This document shows, one piece after another, positions 9,979 through 19,414 of a stretch of DNA of 64,000 bases. Made by a program: the position numbers and the translations under genes. Where the stretch lies: the IMG/VR virus record IMGVR_UViG_3300022555_003212. The stretch is one strand, 5' to 3'. The notes beneath the pieces were generated by a model. The model was not told the origin of the DNA. It saw nothing but the letters and a program-made list of their open reading frames with translations, and made no database searches. The DNA is from an uncultured virus (IMG/VR IMGVR_UViG_3300022555_003212) (lineage: Duplodnaviria; Heunggongvirae; Uroviricota; Caudoviricetes). Every line of letters begins with the position of its first letter. Position 1 is the first letter of the stretch.

Positions 9979-10781
9979 TAACACAATTCAAATTATTTGA
10001 AGCTACAACTTATCCATTCGAAAAAGTAAAAGGTAACAATATAACCTATACTTTTAAAAATAAAAACGGTACAAAGTATATCGTAAAATTTCAAGATGGA
10101 CAGATGTACTATCAAACAGATGTAATGGGGATGGGAGAAACAAACGAATTCGATCTTATAAATGTGTTCACCACCCTTGCCGCAATAGTCTATGATTATC
10201 TACAAAACTATGATAATGAGGTTTTTATTGAAAATATTTTATCTAAAAAAGAAACAGATAGAATTTTAAGAAAAGTTGATAACCATAAAGGGAAGGCTTT
10301 AAGTATCAGTCGAACAATAACAAATAGTAGGACAGAGAATATGTTGATATACTTGAAAAAAATACTTCCAAAAGAATATAAAATAGAAATTCCATTTACA
10401 ATTGATGTAAATATTATTCATGTTTATTTAGAAGGAACTTCTCAGACTTTCGAATCAATATCTTCAGAGCCAAAAATTAATGATTATGTAATTTGTAAGG
10501 ATACTTATATTGATGATTTTATTCTTGATGATTTTCTGGGGTCAAACATTGGAATTATATTATTAATTGATCCAGAACATCCAGAACATCCAGCATTTCC
10601 ATATACTGTACAATACGAAAATATTCCCGAAAATATTCAGCAGTACTTTAGTATAACTTCTTCTTTTTTAGGTGAGTCCCCAAACAGCACCAGAAAATTT
10701 AATAGGAATGAAATAGTGCATTTCTCAGAAGATAAATCAGACATCCAAAGAATCCTAACACAAAAAAGATTCGATCTATGA
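9975..10781 (+). CDS. class A two-unit fusion protein
   Basis: MITQFKLFE...internal QTFE then EPKINDYVIC unit...KRFDL. Confidence 0.85.
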   Translation: MITQFKLFEATTYPFEKVKGNNITYTFKNKNGTKYIVKFQDGQMYYQTDVMGMGETNEFDLINVFTTLAAIVYDYLQNYDNEVFIENILSKKETDRILRKVDNHKGKALSISRTITNSRTENMLIYLKKILPKEYKIEIPFTIDVNIIHVYLEGTSQTFESISSEPKINDYVICKDTYIDDFILDDFLGSNIGIILLIDPEHPEHPAFPYTVQYENIPENIQQYFSITSSFLGESPNSTRKFNRNEIVHFSEDKSDIQRILTQKRFDL

Positions 10782-11122
10782 TAACACAATTCAAATTATA
10801 TGAAAATTTAGCAGACCCAAAAGTAAATGATTATGTTATTTGCTGCGAAAGCGATCCTTTAGGTAGATACCCAATGCTTGACAAATTCCTTAGATCAAGT
10901 ATTGGTGTAATAGTAACTATTGGAAATTCAACTGATGATTACCCATATACCGTACACTATGAAAATATCCCAGAATGTATTGAACAATATTTCAGCAAAA
11001 CAATTCCTCGACAATCTATAACATCCAATACAAGGAATTTTAATGTTAAAGAAATACTGAGCATATCTGAAAATAGAAATGACTTGGAAAAAATACTAAC
11101 ACAACAAAGATTCGATCTATGA
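10778..11122 (+). CDS. class A tagged protein (DYVIC family)
   Basis: MITQFKLYE...QRFDL. Confidence 0.85.
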   Translation: MITQFKLYENLADPKVNDYVICCESDPLGRYPMLDKFLRSSIGVIVTIGNSTDDYPYTVHYENIPECIEQYFSKTIPRQSITSNTRNFNVKEILSISENRNDLEKILTQQRFDL

Positions 11123-11484
11123 TAACACAATTCAAATTATATGAAAATTTAGCAGAGCCAAATGTTTATGATTATGTCATTTGTGTTGAGGATCATGGCC
11201 CACTGATTCCTGACGAGCAAATGGATAGTTTCCTTAATTCAAATATTGGAAGAATAATAGGAATCGATCAAGGCTATGCTGTTGATAAATTAATAACGGT
11301 ATGCTACGAAAATATACCAGACGAAACATTTAATAAATATTTTTTTAAAAGAACAAAGAATAGCGTCATAGGGCAGGGCATCAGAAAATTTAATAGGAAA
11401 GATATACTATACTTTTCAGAAAATATATCAGATATTCAAAGAATAATAACACAAAGAATGAGGGAAAAAAGATTTGATCTATAA
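11119..11484 (+). CDS. class A tagged protein (DYVIC family)
   Basis: MITQFKLYE...KRFDL. Confidence 0.85.
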   Translation: MITQFKLYENLAEPNVYDYVICVEDHGPLIPDEQMDSFLNSNIGRIIGIDQGYAVDKLITVCYENIPDETFNKYFFKRTKNSVIGQGIRKFNRKDILYFSENISDIQRIITQRMREKRFDL

Positions 11485-11826
11485 ATCAAATCTTTCGGTT
11501 GCCTTACGTGTTTGATAAGCTTTTAAATTTTCATCGGTTGTAAAGAAAGTGAATTCTCTATTCTTTGAATCTACAATACCCCATTCCATTTTATTTAACG
11601 GATTTTTCCATATGGTGTGTAATTTATCATTGTCATCCTTAACTAAATATGCTATCTGATTTGGTTGATCTTGAAAAATTCCAATAATATTCTTATATAA
11701 ATCATAGCGTCTACCAACAGTTATATTCTTAAATTTCCAATGCTTATTATTAACACATAGTAAATACGCATCAGTTATTTCATTTTTAACCTGATCATTT
11801 GTTTTATATTCTTTAATATATTTCAT
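11479..11826 (-). CDS. class A tagged protein (LCxx..TVGRxY family)
   Basis: MKYIKEY...ERFDL. Confidence 0.85.
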   Translation of the reverse strand: MKYIKEYKTNDQVKNEITDAYLLCVNNKHWKFKNITVGRRYDLYKNIIGIFQDQPNQIAYLVKDDNDKLHTIWKNPLNKMEWGIVDSKNREFTFFTTDENLKAYQTRKATERFDL

Positions 11827-12233
11827 AAATCAAATTTACTTCCTGTTGTTCTGGCATTCATTGCTTTCTCAGCCCTGAGAAATTTTTCAATTTCTCTATC
11901 ATTTGCTTGGCGAACATAGCTTATAGTTTTGGTTAAAGTATCTTCAAAGTTCGCATTATCATAATCAACTTTTGATTTATCAGAATATAATTGAACGAAA
12001 CGTTGTGCTGTCCAGTGATAATTTTCAACATCCTTAAGTTTAATAGGTTCTATATTTTCCACACGAAACTTTATACCATCAAAGAAAAAATCGGCAGCAT
12101 CAACTCTCTTACATTTCATGATTATTTTTTGAATATTTCCCCATGACTTAAAATACTGTGTCCAATATGATCCAACCATCATTCGGAATACATCATCGTT
12201 TGCTTCGTCTTCGTATGTTTTAATATATCTCAT
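11823..12233 (-). CDS. class A tagged protein
   Basis: MRYIKTYE...SKFDL. Confidence 0.85.
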   Translation of the reverse strand: MRYIKTYEDEANDDVFRMMVGSYWTQYFKSWGNIQKIIMKCKRVDAADFFFDGIKFRVENIEPIKLKDVENYHWTAQRFVQLYSDKSKVDYDNANFEDTLTKTISYVRQANDREIEKFLRAEKAMNARTTGSKFDL

Positions 12234-12658
12234 AGATCAAATCTTGTTGTTGCTTGTAATTTAGGATAGCCAACCTTTATATCATCAATTAACCTTTTAA
12301 CCTTACTGGTTCCAATTATATAGTAAATTTCGGATGTGGTAACCTTCTGATAATCTAAATAATCGATTGTATTTAAAAATTGCATCATTAAATTTATAAA
12401 ATCAAATCTATTCGAATTGCAATATATTTCTATTTTATTGCTGACTTTTTTTATTTGAATTGGGGTTCCACCGTTACCGTTTATACCTAAAGATAATCCC
12501 TGTATTTTGAAAGTATTATCCGATTGGTCTTTAATTGCGCTGTATTTTTTATTTTTAAACTCTAACTCAGGAAATATACTCAAGAACACATCAGCCAAGT
12601 CATTAAGGCATTTGTCAATAACCGCATCTCGGCTTTCTAAAAATATCTGGTATTTCAT
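12230..12658 (-). CDS. class A tagged protein
   Basis: MKYQIFLE...TRFDL; TAATATATA 5 nt upstream. Confidence 0.85.
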   Translation of the reverse strand: MKYQIFLESRDAVIDKCLNDLADVFLSIFPELEFKNKKYSAIKDQSDNTFKIQGLSLGINGNGGTPIQIKKVSNKIEIYCNSNRFDFINLMMQFLNTIDYLDYQKVTTSEIYYIIGTSKVKRLIDDIKVGYPKLQATTRFDL

Positions 12659-12718
12659 TGTCATATATATTAAATCTACCTAACAATAAATTGCATCATC
12701 ATTTTAATATATACTTTT

Positions 12719-13231
12719 ATGATAACCAAATTCGAATTGTATGAGGATCATCGGGAAGATATGGATGCGAAAGGTGTGTTCTTAAATAAAGTAGCAGAAG
12801 TGTTTGCACAATTTATTAAGGATACTCTGGGTTACTGTACAAAAAGTTTAAAATCCCCCCAATATTCAATTGGAACCAATGGTGTTGCTGGTGAAATAAA
12901 TGCTAAATACAGATTCAGTGAAAAAGAATCTTTTCCGATTTCATCTTTAGTATTGCGCTTAGCCTATCGAGATGCTGAAAATTATAACAAATTAGCTAAT
13001 AGAAAAGAATATGATGAAGATTGTATTTTATGTAACTTCATACCAACAACAGATGATGCAGATCAGTTTATTTGTGATTTGAAAGGATACTTGGATACTA
13101 TTGGTATTAAATCACCATTAGATTCTGATAAGCATTATACATTAACAATTTCAAAAGATATTCCAAAACTATATACTATATCAGCAAAGAATTTCTTTGC
13201 ATATAAAAAAGGTAGTCAATTTGATCTATGA
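12719..13231 (+). CDS. class A tagged protein
   Basis: TAATATATA 12705-12713; MITKFELYE...SQFDL. Confidence 0.85.
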   Translation: MITKFELYEDHREDMDAKGVFLNKVAEVFAQFIKDTLGYCTKSLKSPQYSIGTNGVAGEINAKYRFSEKESFPISSLVLRLAYRDAENYNKLANRKEYDEDCILCNFIPTTDDADQFICDLKGYLDTIGIKSPLDSDKHYTLTISKDIPKLYTISAKNFFAYKKGSQFDL

Positions 13232-13686
13232 TAACTAACTTTAAAATATTTGAAAATATAAATGGCACCATTAATCTAAAGGTTCTTCATAAATATTTTA
13301 TAGACGGTTTTCCTAAATATTTAAATCAGGGTGAACGTGAATATTACAAATTTCTTGACAAAATATTAACAGGTAAAAGAATACTATTTTTTTCTGATGT
13401 AGATGATAAAATTATTAGTGTGTTAGTGAATAAAGTTTTTAGTTCAACCGCAGATGGACTACATATAATTGTAAATAAGGACCCAACTTTAAAAAATGTG
13501 GATGATTGGATGAAAACCACAACCTTCCCAATTCCACGTCTTCATGGTATCTATGGAGAAAATGAATTGGATATTTGTATAAAATATGATAATAGTGATG
13601 TTATAATAGAAGACCCATCAGAAGAAACTAAGAAATATTTGAAAGATATTTTTTCACAATTAAAAGGTAAGCAATTCGATCTATGA
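13228..13686 (+). CDS. class A tagged protein
   Basis: MITNFKIFE...KQFDL. Confidence 0.85.
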   Translation: MITNFKIFENINGTINLKVLHKYFIDGFPKYLNQGEREYYKFLDKILTGKRILFFSDVDDKIISVLVNKVFSSTADGLHIIVNKDPTLKNVDDWMKTTTFPIPRLHGIYGENELDICIKYDNSDVIIEDPSEETKKYLKDIFSQLKGKQFDL

Positions 13687-14123
13687 TAACAATTTTTAAA
13701 ATATTTGAATCTGGCGAATATAAGCATAATATGGCTGATGATCCTGAAATCCCTAACGCAATGTATGAATATCTTGGGAAGCCAAAATCACATTTATTAT
13801 GCGCCAAAACTGTAAATATGCCATATCTAAATCTGGATGTATTTACAGTTGGAAACAAATATGAATTCTATTATTCACATGCAGTAAATCCTCTATTAGA
13901 TGTACAGGATTTTGATTGGAAAAGAAGGTTATGGGAATTTAAGTTTTATATTAAACTTGATGATAGTAAAATGTATGAAGCAGTATTTGACCATAAATAT
14001 TCAATATTCTATTGTAAAATAAAGTATAAAGGTGATCTTAGATTAATGGGGGTTGAATTCACAAATGATGATTCAATGCAAGAATATGAAAAACGAATGA
14101 GAGAAAAAAGATTTGATCTATGA
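13683..14123 (+). CDS. class A tagged protein (LCxK..FTVGxxY family)
   Basis: MITIFKIFE...KRFDL. Confidence 0.85.
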   Translation: MITIFKIFESGEYKHNMADDPEIPNAMYEYLGKPKSHLLCAKTVNMPYLNLDVFTVGNKYEFYYSHAVNPLLDVQDFDWKRRLWEFKFYIKLDDSKMYEAVFDHKYSIFYCKIKYKGDLRLMGVEFTNDDSMQEYEKRMREKRFDL

Positions 14124-14977
14124 TAACAAAATTCAAACTGTTTGAAGACAGTGTAAAATCATTTGAGAAGGATGATATCTATCGTGATAGTAGATGGGTT
14201 GTTGTTAGACCATTAAATCAACGGGCAGCCATGAAATATGGTGCCAATACCAATTGGTGCACAGCTACATCCGATCCTAAATATATGGGCTGGTATAATA
14301 ATGAGCACAGCTTCTTCATTTATATAATAGACAGATCAAAAACACCGCCATCACTTGACGTTAGAAATGCAAAGATTAAAAGATACCAACAACTATACAA
14401 TGATAACGAATTAGATTCATTGGACGATAAAGAAGATGCGGTTGGTATTGATATGAGTAGAATAGCGATTCTTATTCACTGGGAAAATCCAGAGTCGGAA
14501 GAATATCCAGATATTTCTATGTATGATGCTAACAATATAGACCTATATGAATTTGATTATTATGGATTGGAATCATTAGATATCCCAGAAAATGTAAAGG
14601 GTGCTATTGGTACCTATATTGATAATTGGGTTAAATCATATCAAAATAAAATGGCATTAACGGAATCTTTAAATAAGCCTTTAAATCATGAAGAGCCTCA
14701 AGAAAATGATTATATATTGGCTCATAATGATCATAATATAGAATACAATAAGTATCTTCAAAATCATATTGGTCAAATTTATAAAATAACCAGTTTAACA
14801 TACAAATCTGGAAACAAACAAAAAATATATAATGCGTACTTTGATAAATTACCACTACAATTTCAACATATTGCTGGCTCATATAAAAGAAGATTCACAT
14901 TTAATGATATAGACTATTGGTCACCAAATAAAGCAGACTTGGAACAAATATTTACAGAAAGAAGATTTGATTTATGA
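14120..14977 (+). CDS. class A fusion: YGxxTxWCTA phage domain plus DY/HIG unit
   Basis: MITKFKLFE...AMKYGANTNWCTA...ALTE...EPQENDYIL...RRFDL. Confidence 0.85.
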   Translation: MITKFKLFEDSVKSFEKDDIYRDSRWVVVRPLNQRAAMKYGANTNWCTATSDPKYMGWYNNEHSFFIYIIDRSKTPPSLDVRNAKIKRYQQLYNDNELDSLDDKEDAVGIDMSRIAILIHWENPESEEYPDISMYDANNIDLYEFDYYGLESLDIPENVKGAIGTYIDNWVKSYQNKMALTESLNKPLNHEEPQENDYILAHNDHNIEYNKYLQNHIGQIYKITSLTYKSGNKQKIYNAYFDKLPLQFQHIAGSYKRRFTFNDIDYWSPNKADLEQIFTERRFDL

Positions 14978-15174
14978 TAACAAAATTTAACTTATTTGAA
15001 AATATAAATGTAAATGATATTAATACTTATGATAAAGTTATTTATAATAAAGACTCAATAAGAATAAGATTAACATCTGGTCGGCTAAGTATTGAATTCC
15101 CAGATGGAAACTCAACTGGTAAAATAAAAAACAGAATAGAAATATTAAAAAGAATTAAGAGATTTGACCTATGA
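14974..15174 (+). CDS. short class A tagged protein
   Basis: MITKFNLFE...KRFDL, 66 aa. Confidence 0.75.
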   Translation: MITKFNLFENINVNDINTYDKVIYNKDSIRIRLTSGRLSIEFPDGNSTGKIKNRIEILKRIKRFDL

Positions 15175-15482
15175 TAATTAAATTTAAGCTATTTGAATTA
15201 ACCCTCTCTGAAGAGGGTAAACGTAGAATCCTGATGTATGAAAACGATGGGCCTGAAGAAGGAGATTGGGTTTATTGTGAAGTTGAAGGTACCTTAGCAC
15301 CCGAATCACTAAATGGTATATTTCAACTATTGAGTAAATCAACTAATTCTTATTATACGCCTAATTTGGGATGGAGATCAAAAGAAATGTTTTTACCTCA
15401 CATCGTATGTTGGGGGCACACTAAAGAAGAAGTAGAACAAAAATTAAAGCGATTACGTGACCAAAATAGATTTGACTTATGA
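15171..15482 (+). CDS. class A tagged protein (GDWVYC)
   Basis: MIIKFKLFE...NRFDL. Confidence 0.85.
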   Translation: MIIKFKLFELTLSEEGKRRILMYENDGPEEGDWVYCEVEGTLAPESLNGIFQLLSKSTNSYYTPNLGWRSKEMFLPHIVCWGHTKEEVEQKLKRLRDQNRFDL

Positions 15483-15844
15483 TGACACAGTTTAAATTAT
15501 TTGAAGGAAAAAAATATCCAAAGGTTGGCGATTACGTTATTTGTGAGTTAGAACTATACAATTCAGATGCCAAAGAGCAAGCAACTAAATTTTTAAATAA
15601 TTCAATTGGACGAATTGTTGATGATGAAGATGCTCAGGTAGATTTTGTTAGTAGAATTAAAATAAAATCATATAAAATAGAATTTTTTAATGTTCCATCA
15701 GATGTACAAAGAGAATATTTTGCTACCTATAGCAATGCATTTCCGATATATGATAGTTGGGTTGTGTTTGGTGATATTAGATACTGGTCAGAAGATAAAA
15801 AAGAATTAGAAAGAATACTTACAGAAAGAAGATTTGACCTATGA
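15479..15844 (+). CDS. class A tagged protein (GDYVIC family)
   Basis: MMTQFKLFE...RRFDL. Confidence 0.85.
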   Translation: MMTQFKLFEGKKYPKVGDYVICELELYNSDAKEQATKFLNNSIGRIVDDEDAQVDFVSRIKIKSYKIEFFNVPSDVQREYFATYSNAFPIYDSWVVFGDIRYWSEDKKELERILTERRFDL

Positions 15845-16185
15845 TAACTAACTTTAAATTATTTGAGGGCAAAACAGACATATATCTTGTTTGTATTAAA
15901 TTTGATGAACTGGCAAAAGCATTTGGGTTGAACTTTACAGTCGGTAAAAGATATCAATTATATATAACTGGTGACCCAAATGGGGTTTTAGTTCCAACAT
16001 ACAGACTTAGAAATGATATTGGAAAATTTAAAGAAATAATTGATACTCACAAAAGTCGTGGTCATCAACATCCCGCTGAAAATGTATCAATATTCACCGC
16101 TTTCATAACATTTGATTGCCTATTTACAACAGAAACATGGGAAGAATATCAAAAACGAACACAAATAGAAAGATTTGACCTATGA
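15841..16185 (+). CDS. class A tagged protein (LxCIK..FTVGKRY family)
   Basis: MITNFKLFE...ERFDL. Confidence 0.85.
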   Translation: MITNFKLFEGKTDIYLVCIKFDELAKAFGLNFTVGKRYQLYITGDPNGVLVPTYRLRNDIGKFKEIIDTHKSRGHQHPAENVSIFTAFITFDCLFTTETWEEYQKRTQIERFDL

Positions 16186-16601
16186 TAACTAACTTTAAAT
16201 TATTTGAAAATAGAATATCAGACTCAATGTGGAGTAAATTAACAATGGATTCATCATCTCCAACACATTATTTGAAACCAAATGTACTAAAAGATGGTGA
16301 CTATATTGTAGAGTATAGAGAAAAATTTTTGGATGGTCTCTTATTACAATACTTAGGATTAAATAAAACCAGTGGCTCAATAAGATTTCCATATTATAAT
16401 TTTAAAGTTATAGATGAATTAGGATGGTACCATAAAAATGGATTTTATAGAGTAGGAAAGACCCATGGATCATTTGGTCCAGCATAAGAATTGGATACAG
16501 TATTATATATCGGTACTGATTTAGAAGAAGCGAAATTAGCATTTCAAAAAGTACGAGAAATTGTTGGAAAATTAAAAACAATAAATCGATTCGACCTATG
16601 A
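16182..16601 (+). pseudogene. class A gene with in-frame TAA at 16485-16487
   Basis: Same frame continues ELDTVLYIG...INRFDL; aligns with paralog 522. Confidence 0.8.
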
Positions 16602-16934
16602 TAACACAATTCTATTTATTTGAATCATCTATTGATATACCAGATTTAATCTGTATATTATCTTTAAATAAAACAATATTTACGGTAGGTAGAATTTATC
16701 CTATTGAGCATCACCTATCCCAATTTTCTACCAAAATTAAAAATAATAAATATAAATATATATGATGATGATTTTGTCAAAATTAAAATAGATACACTTA
16801 AAAATAATGGCTACAATATACCATCAAATTTAAAATTATACACCACTTGGAAGAGCGGTGAATTTGTTATTTTCTCAGACGAAACTATAGATCAATATCA
16901 AAAACGATTAAAAGAAGAACAATTTGATCTATAA
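16598..16934 (+). pseudogene. class A gene, frameshift near 16755
   Basis: MITQFYLFE..LICI..FTVGRIY in one frame, ...EEQFDL in another. Confidence 0.75.
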
Positions 16935-16985
16935 ATTTTTTTTATTCGATATCCTTTCATACATTTGTGCTTTATTTAAATAATT

Positions 16986-17306
16986 ATGAAATATATCAAA
17001 TTTACGTGCGTTGATAATGGTACTGAACTGATAGGAAAACTACATAAAGTATTTTCTATTGGTGAATATAGTGCAGAATTTAATAGTTTTGTTATATTTA
17101 AAAATACGCTCCTTCCACCATTCCCTATAGTTGAAATTGTTAAGAACTTTGAATATTTTCTACCAAACGATATAGCAAAGGATTTGCCTACTCATATAAA
17201 TTTAAGAAGATTTGTTGGTGAAAAAGTTTATATTTTGAACATTCCAAGTCAAAAAGAAATAGATAAATATGAAAGAACTATAAGTACAAATCGTTTTGAC
17301 TTATGA
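16986..17306 (+). CDS. FDL-tailed protein without Glu-ending N-tag
   Basis: TACATTTG 16960-16967;...NRFDL. Confidence 0.85.
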   Translation: MKYIKFTCVDNGTELIGKLHKVFSIGEYSAEFNSFVIFKNTLLPPFPIVEIVKNFEYFLPNDIAKDLPTHINLRRFVGEKVYILNIPSQKEIDKYERTISTNRFDL

Positions 17307-17761
17307 TGGAAGTACAAAAAATAGTTAAAAGCTCATCTTCTGGTCGGACCAAAGAGATTGAAATCGTCTACTTTGATGAAAATCTTAGTAGTAAATCTCG
17401 TGCTGCCTATATACTTCTTAAGGATGAATTAAGGTTACAAGATGTAGATTATATCGAAACATTATCATTCAGATCAGAAGAAATTGAATTCAGTAGAAAC
17501 TATCTAACCAAAGAAAAAGAATTAAATGGTGATTTAGTTTGCTCATACTGTGGCAGACCGCATTTGGAAATTGAATATGAAGGAATGCTTATACCAGAAA
17601 GGAAAAAAGCTACAGTAGATCATATTGTGCCAGTGTCTAAAGGCGGGGATAAATTTAATATAAAAAATATAAGAGTAGCATGTTCTCCATGCAATACAAA
17701 AAAAAGTGATAAAGATGCTGATGTTTTTATAAAAAATGTTAGACATTTTATGGAGTTATAA
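17303..17761 (+). CDS. HNH endonuclease (McrA/HNH_5-like)
   Basis: CSYCG...ATVDHIVPVSKGG...NIRVACSPCNTKK. Confidence 0.85.
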   Translation: MMEVQKIVKSSSSGRTKEIEIVYFDENLSSKSRAAYILLKDELRLQDVDYIETLSFRSEEIEFSRNYLTKEKELNGDLVCSYCGRPHLEIEYEGMLIPERKKATVDHIVPVSKGGDKFNIKNIRVACSPCNTKKSDKDADVFIKNVRHFMEL

Positions 17762-17910
17762 ATCGAATTGTTTTTCCTTCATTCTCCTCATATAACCTTC
17801 GTGTGATGCATCAGTGGTAAATATTGCTTCAAACTTACCACCTTGGTCATAAACCTTTTCCTTGACAAGATCATCGAAATGGGTTCGCTTTAGATTTTTG
17901 GTTAATACTA
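17756..17910 (-). pseudogene. 5'-truncated FDL-tailed gene
   Basis: AIFTTDASHEGYMRRMKEKQFDL; TATTTTTG promoter at 17920-17927 but no in-frame ATG after it. Confidence 0.6.
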
Positions 17911-17977
17911 ATTGAATTGCAAAAATATAAATTGTTTTTGAATAAAAAAAAGTTATAATCATTTTAATATATACCTC

Positions 17978-18334
17978 ATGATCACTAAATTTCAACTGTA
18001 CGAAAATTTCAAACCATTTGAAGGTACCAAGGAAAACGATTGGATAATCTTGAAAAAATTATACCCATATAGGAACGCATCAGACATTGAACTAATTAAA
18101 ACTGTGCAATATAAAATAGGTAAAGTGTTTCTAACATCCAATACTGAGAAATTTGGAAAAACTGTCTGGATAAAATATTACGAACCACTACCAACTTTCG
18201 CCAAAACCGTACCATATGATGATAAAAATGTATCTGTTATTAAATTGGATGCCGCAGATATATCAAAAGCATTTGTATCTAAGAATAAAAAGGACCTACA
18301 AAAAATATTACACCAAGACCAATTCGACCTATGA
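17978..18334 (+). CDS. class A tagged protein
   Basis: TAATATATA 17965-17973; MITKFQLYE...DQFDL. Confidence 0.85.
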   Translation: MITKFQLYENFKPFEGTKENDWIILKKLYPYRNASDIELIKTVQYKIGKVFLTSNTEKFGKTVWIKYYEPLPTFAKTVPYDDKNVSVIKLDAADISKAFVSKNKKDLQKILHQDQFDL

Positions 18335-18399
18335 TAACAAAATTTCAACTATACGAAAAAATTAGGGCACAACAAAAAGGAAATCAATTTGACCTATGA
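18331..18399 (+). CDS. tag-only mini-ORF (22 aa), not in ORF track
   Basis: MITKFQLYEKIRAQQKGNQFDL with ATGA overlaps on both sides. Confidence 0.75.
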   Translation: MITKFQLYEKIRAQQKGNQFDL

Positions 18400-18680
18400 A
18401 ATATCTGAAACTATTTGAAAATAATCTGGATGATTTCTCTCAATGGGAAAAAGGTGATATGGTCTATTATATTGGAACAGATAATTTATTCCCGTATGGC
18501 TCAAAACTTACAATTCAAGGAATAATATTTGATAAAGAAACAAAGGAGCCTGAACGTTTTAATAGATGTATTCAATTAGATGATAGACCTGTTTACTATT
18601 CAATATTTGGGTTACTTAAAGATGAACAACGATTCACTAAAGATATAAGAAAAATTCATCAACAAAGATTCGACCTATGA
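18396..18680 (+). CDS. class A tagged protein (GDxVY family)
   Basis: MKYLKLFE...QRFDL. Confidence 0.85.
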   Translation: MKYLKLFENNLDDFSQWEKGDMVYYIGTDNLFPYGSKLTIQGIIFDKETKEPERFNRCIQLDDRPVYYSIFGLLKDEQRFTKDIRKIHQQRFDL

Positions 18681-19018
18681 AATATTTAATAACATATGAA
18701 AATAAAATAAAAAAATTCAAATTTACCAAATTTAAAGTTGGGGATGAAGTTTATTTAATATCTCTTCCAAATGGTCATACAAATCTAACTAATGTTGCAT
18801 CTGAAATACCTAATCTTGGTCAAAAATATAAAATAAAAGAAATATCACCAACACGTGAGGATGATATCGTTTGTGATGATACTTCACCACACTTCTTAGA
18901 ATACCATATTTATCTACATGGGCTACCAATTTATCAATACTTTTTACCAGATCAATTAACAACAAATCTTAAACACCCAGCATTCAAAAAAATACATCAA
19001 CAGAGATTTGACCTATGA
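18677..19018 (+). CDS. class A tagged protein (GDxVY family)
   Basis: MKYLITYE...QRFDL. Confidence 0.85.
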   Translation: MKYLITYENKIKKFKFTKFKVGDEVYLISLPNGHTNLTNVASEIPNLGQKYKIKEISPTREDDIVCDDTSPHFLEYHIYLHGLPIYQYFLPDQLTTNLKHPAFKKIHQQRFDL

Positions 19019-19143
19019 TAACTAACTTTAAACTATTTGAATCAAAGAAATCGGGACTGGTTAGATTCAAAACGATTTACTACCGATCCAATAGTAATTG
19101 CAGAATTTAAAAGAAAACAAACACAACAAAGATTCGATTTATG
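19015..19143 (+). pseudogene. class A remnant, internal out-of-frame deletion
   Basis: MITNFKLFESK head; tail WLDSKRFTTDPIVIAEFKRKQTQQRFDL in another frame. Confidence 0.75.
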
Positions 19144-19159
19144 AAATATATTAAAGAAA

Positions 19160-19327
19160 TTAATCAATTCCCACATAAAAAACGAAGAGTGGTGAGCAAA
19201 CAATCCACCACGACCAGCCTATTACTCCAGCACCCTTTAAAAAAAACATAACAAATGCTGATAAAAAACAACCAGCAATAGTGAATCCTATTTGCCAACC
19301 ATCGTCCAACTTTTTTTCCTTAGCCAT
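19160..19327 (-). CDS. small membrane protein (WSWWxVxSP type)
   Basis: MAKEKK...hydrophobic...GVIGWSWWIVCSP; TATCTTTG 19346-19353. Confidence 0.65.
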   Translation of the reverse strand: MAKEKKLDDGWQIGFTIAGCFLSAFVMFFLKGAGVIGWSWWIVCSPLFVFYVGID

Positions 19328-19370
19328 TTCTTTTGAATTATAATCCAAAGATAACAAATATTCATAAATA

Positions 19371-19401
19371 AAAAAAGGAAGTATTGCTACTTCCTTTTTT
19401 T
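19371..19401. terminator. bidirectional-looking intrinsic terminator
   Basis: AAAAAAGGAAGTA-ttgc-TACTTCCTTTTTT. Confidence 0.8.
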
Positions 19402-19414
19402 CATCAACGTCATC

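Larger units (their letters stand above)
522..19143. other. Class A array 1: about 46 short genes/remnants ending in xFDL-stop, mostly with N-terminal MITxFKLFE/MKYLKLFE tag
   Basis: Repeated ATGA stop/start overlaps with junction consensus AGATTYGAYYTATGATAAC. Confidence 0.95.

Noticed and set aside
522..19143. CRISPR array or integron attC sites suggested by regularly spaced junction repeats
   Set aside because: Spacers are 200-800 bp ORFs, repeats vary at synonymous positions, there is no attC-like inverted core, and no cas or integrase gene is in the window.
522..19143. FDL as a frameshift/readthrough signal making a polyprotein, or purely a coupling signal
   Set aside because: FDL is kept on terminal and convergent genes ending TAA/TAG with no downstream partner (1225, 2906, 9079, 23167, 43977).
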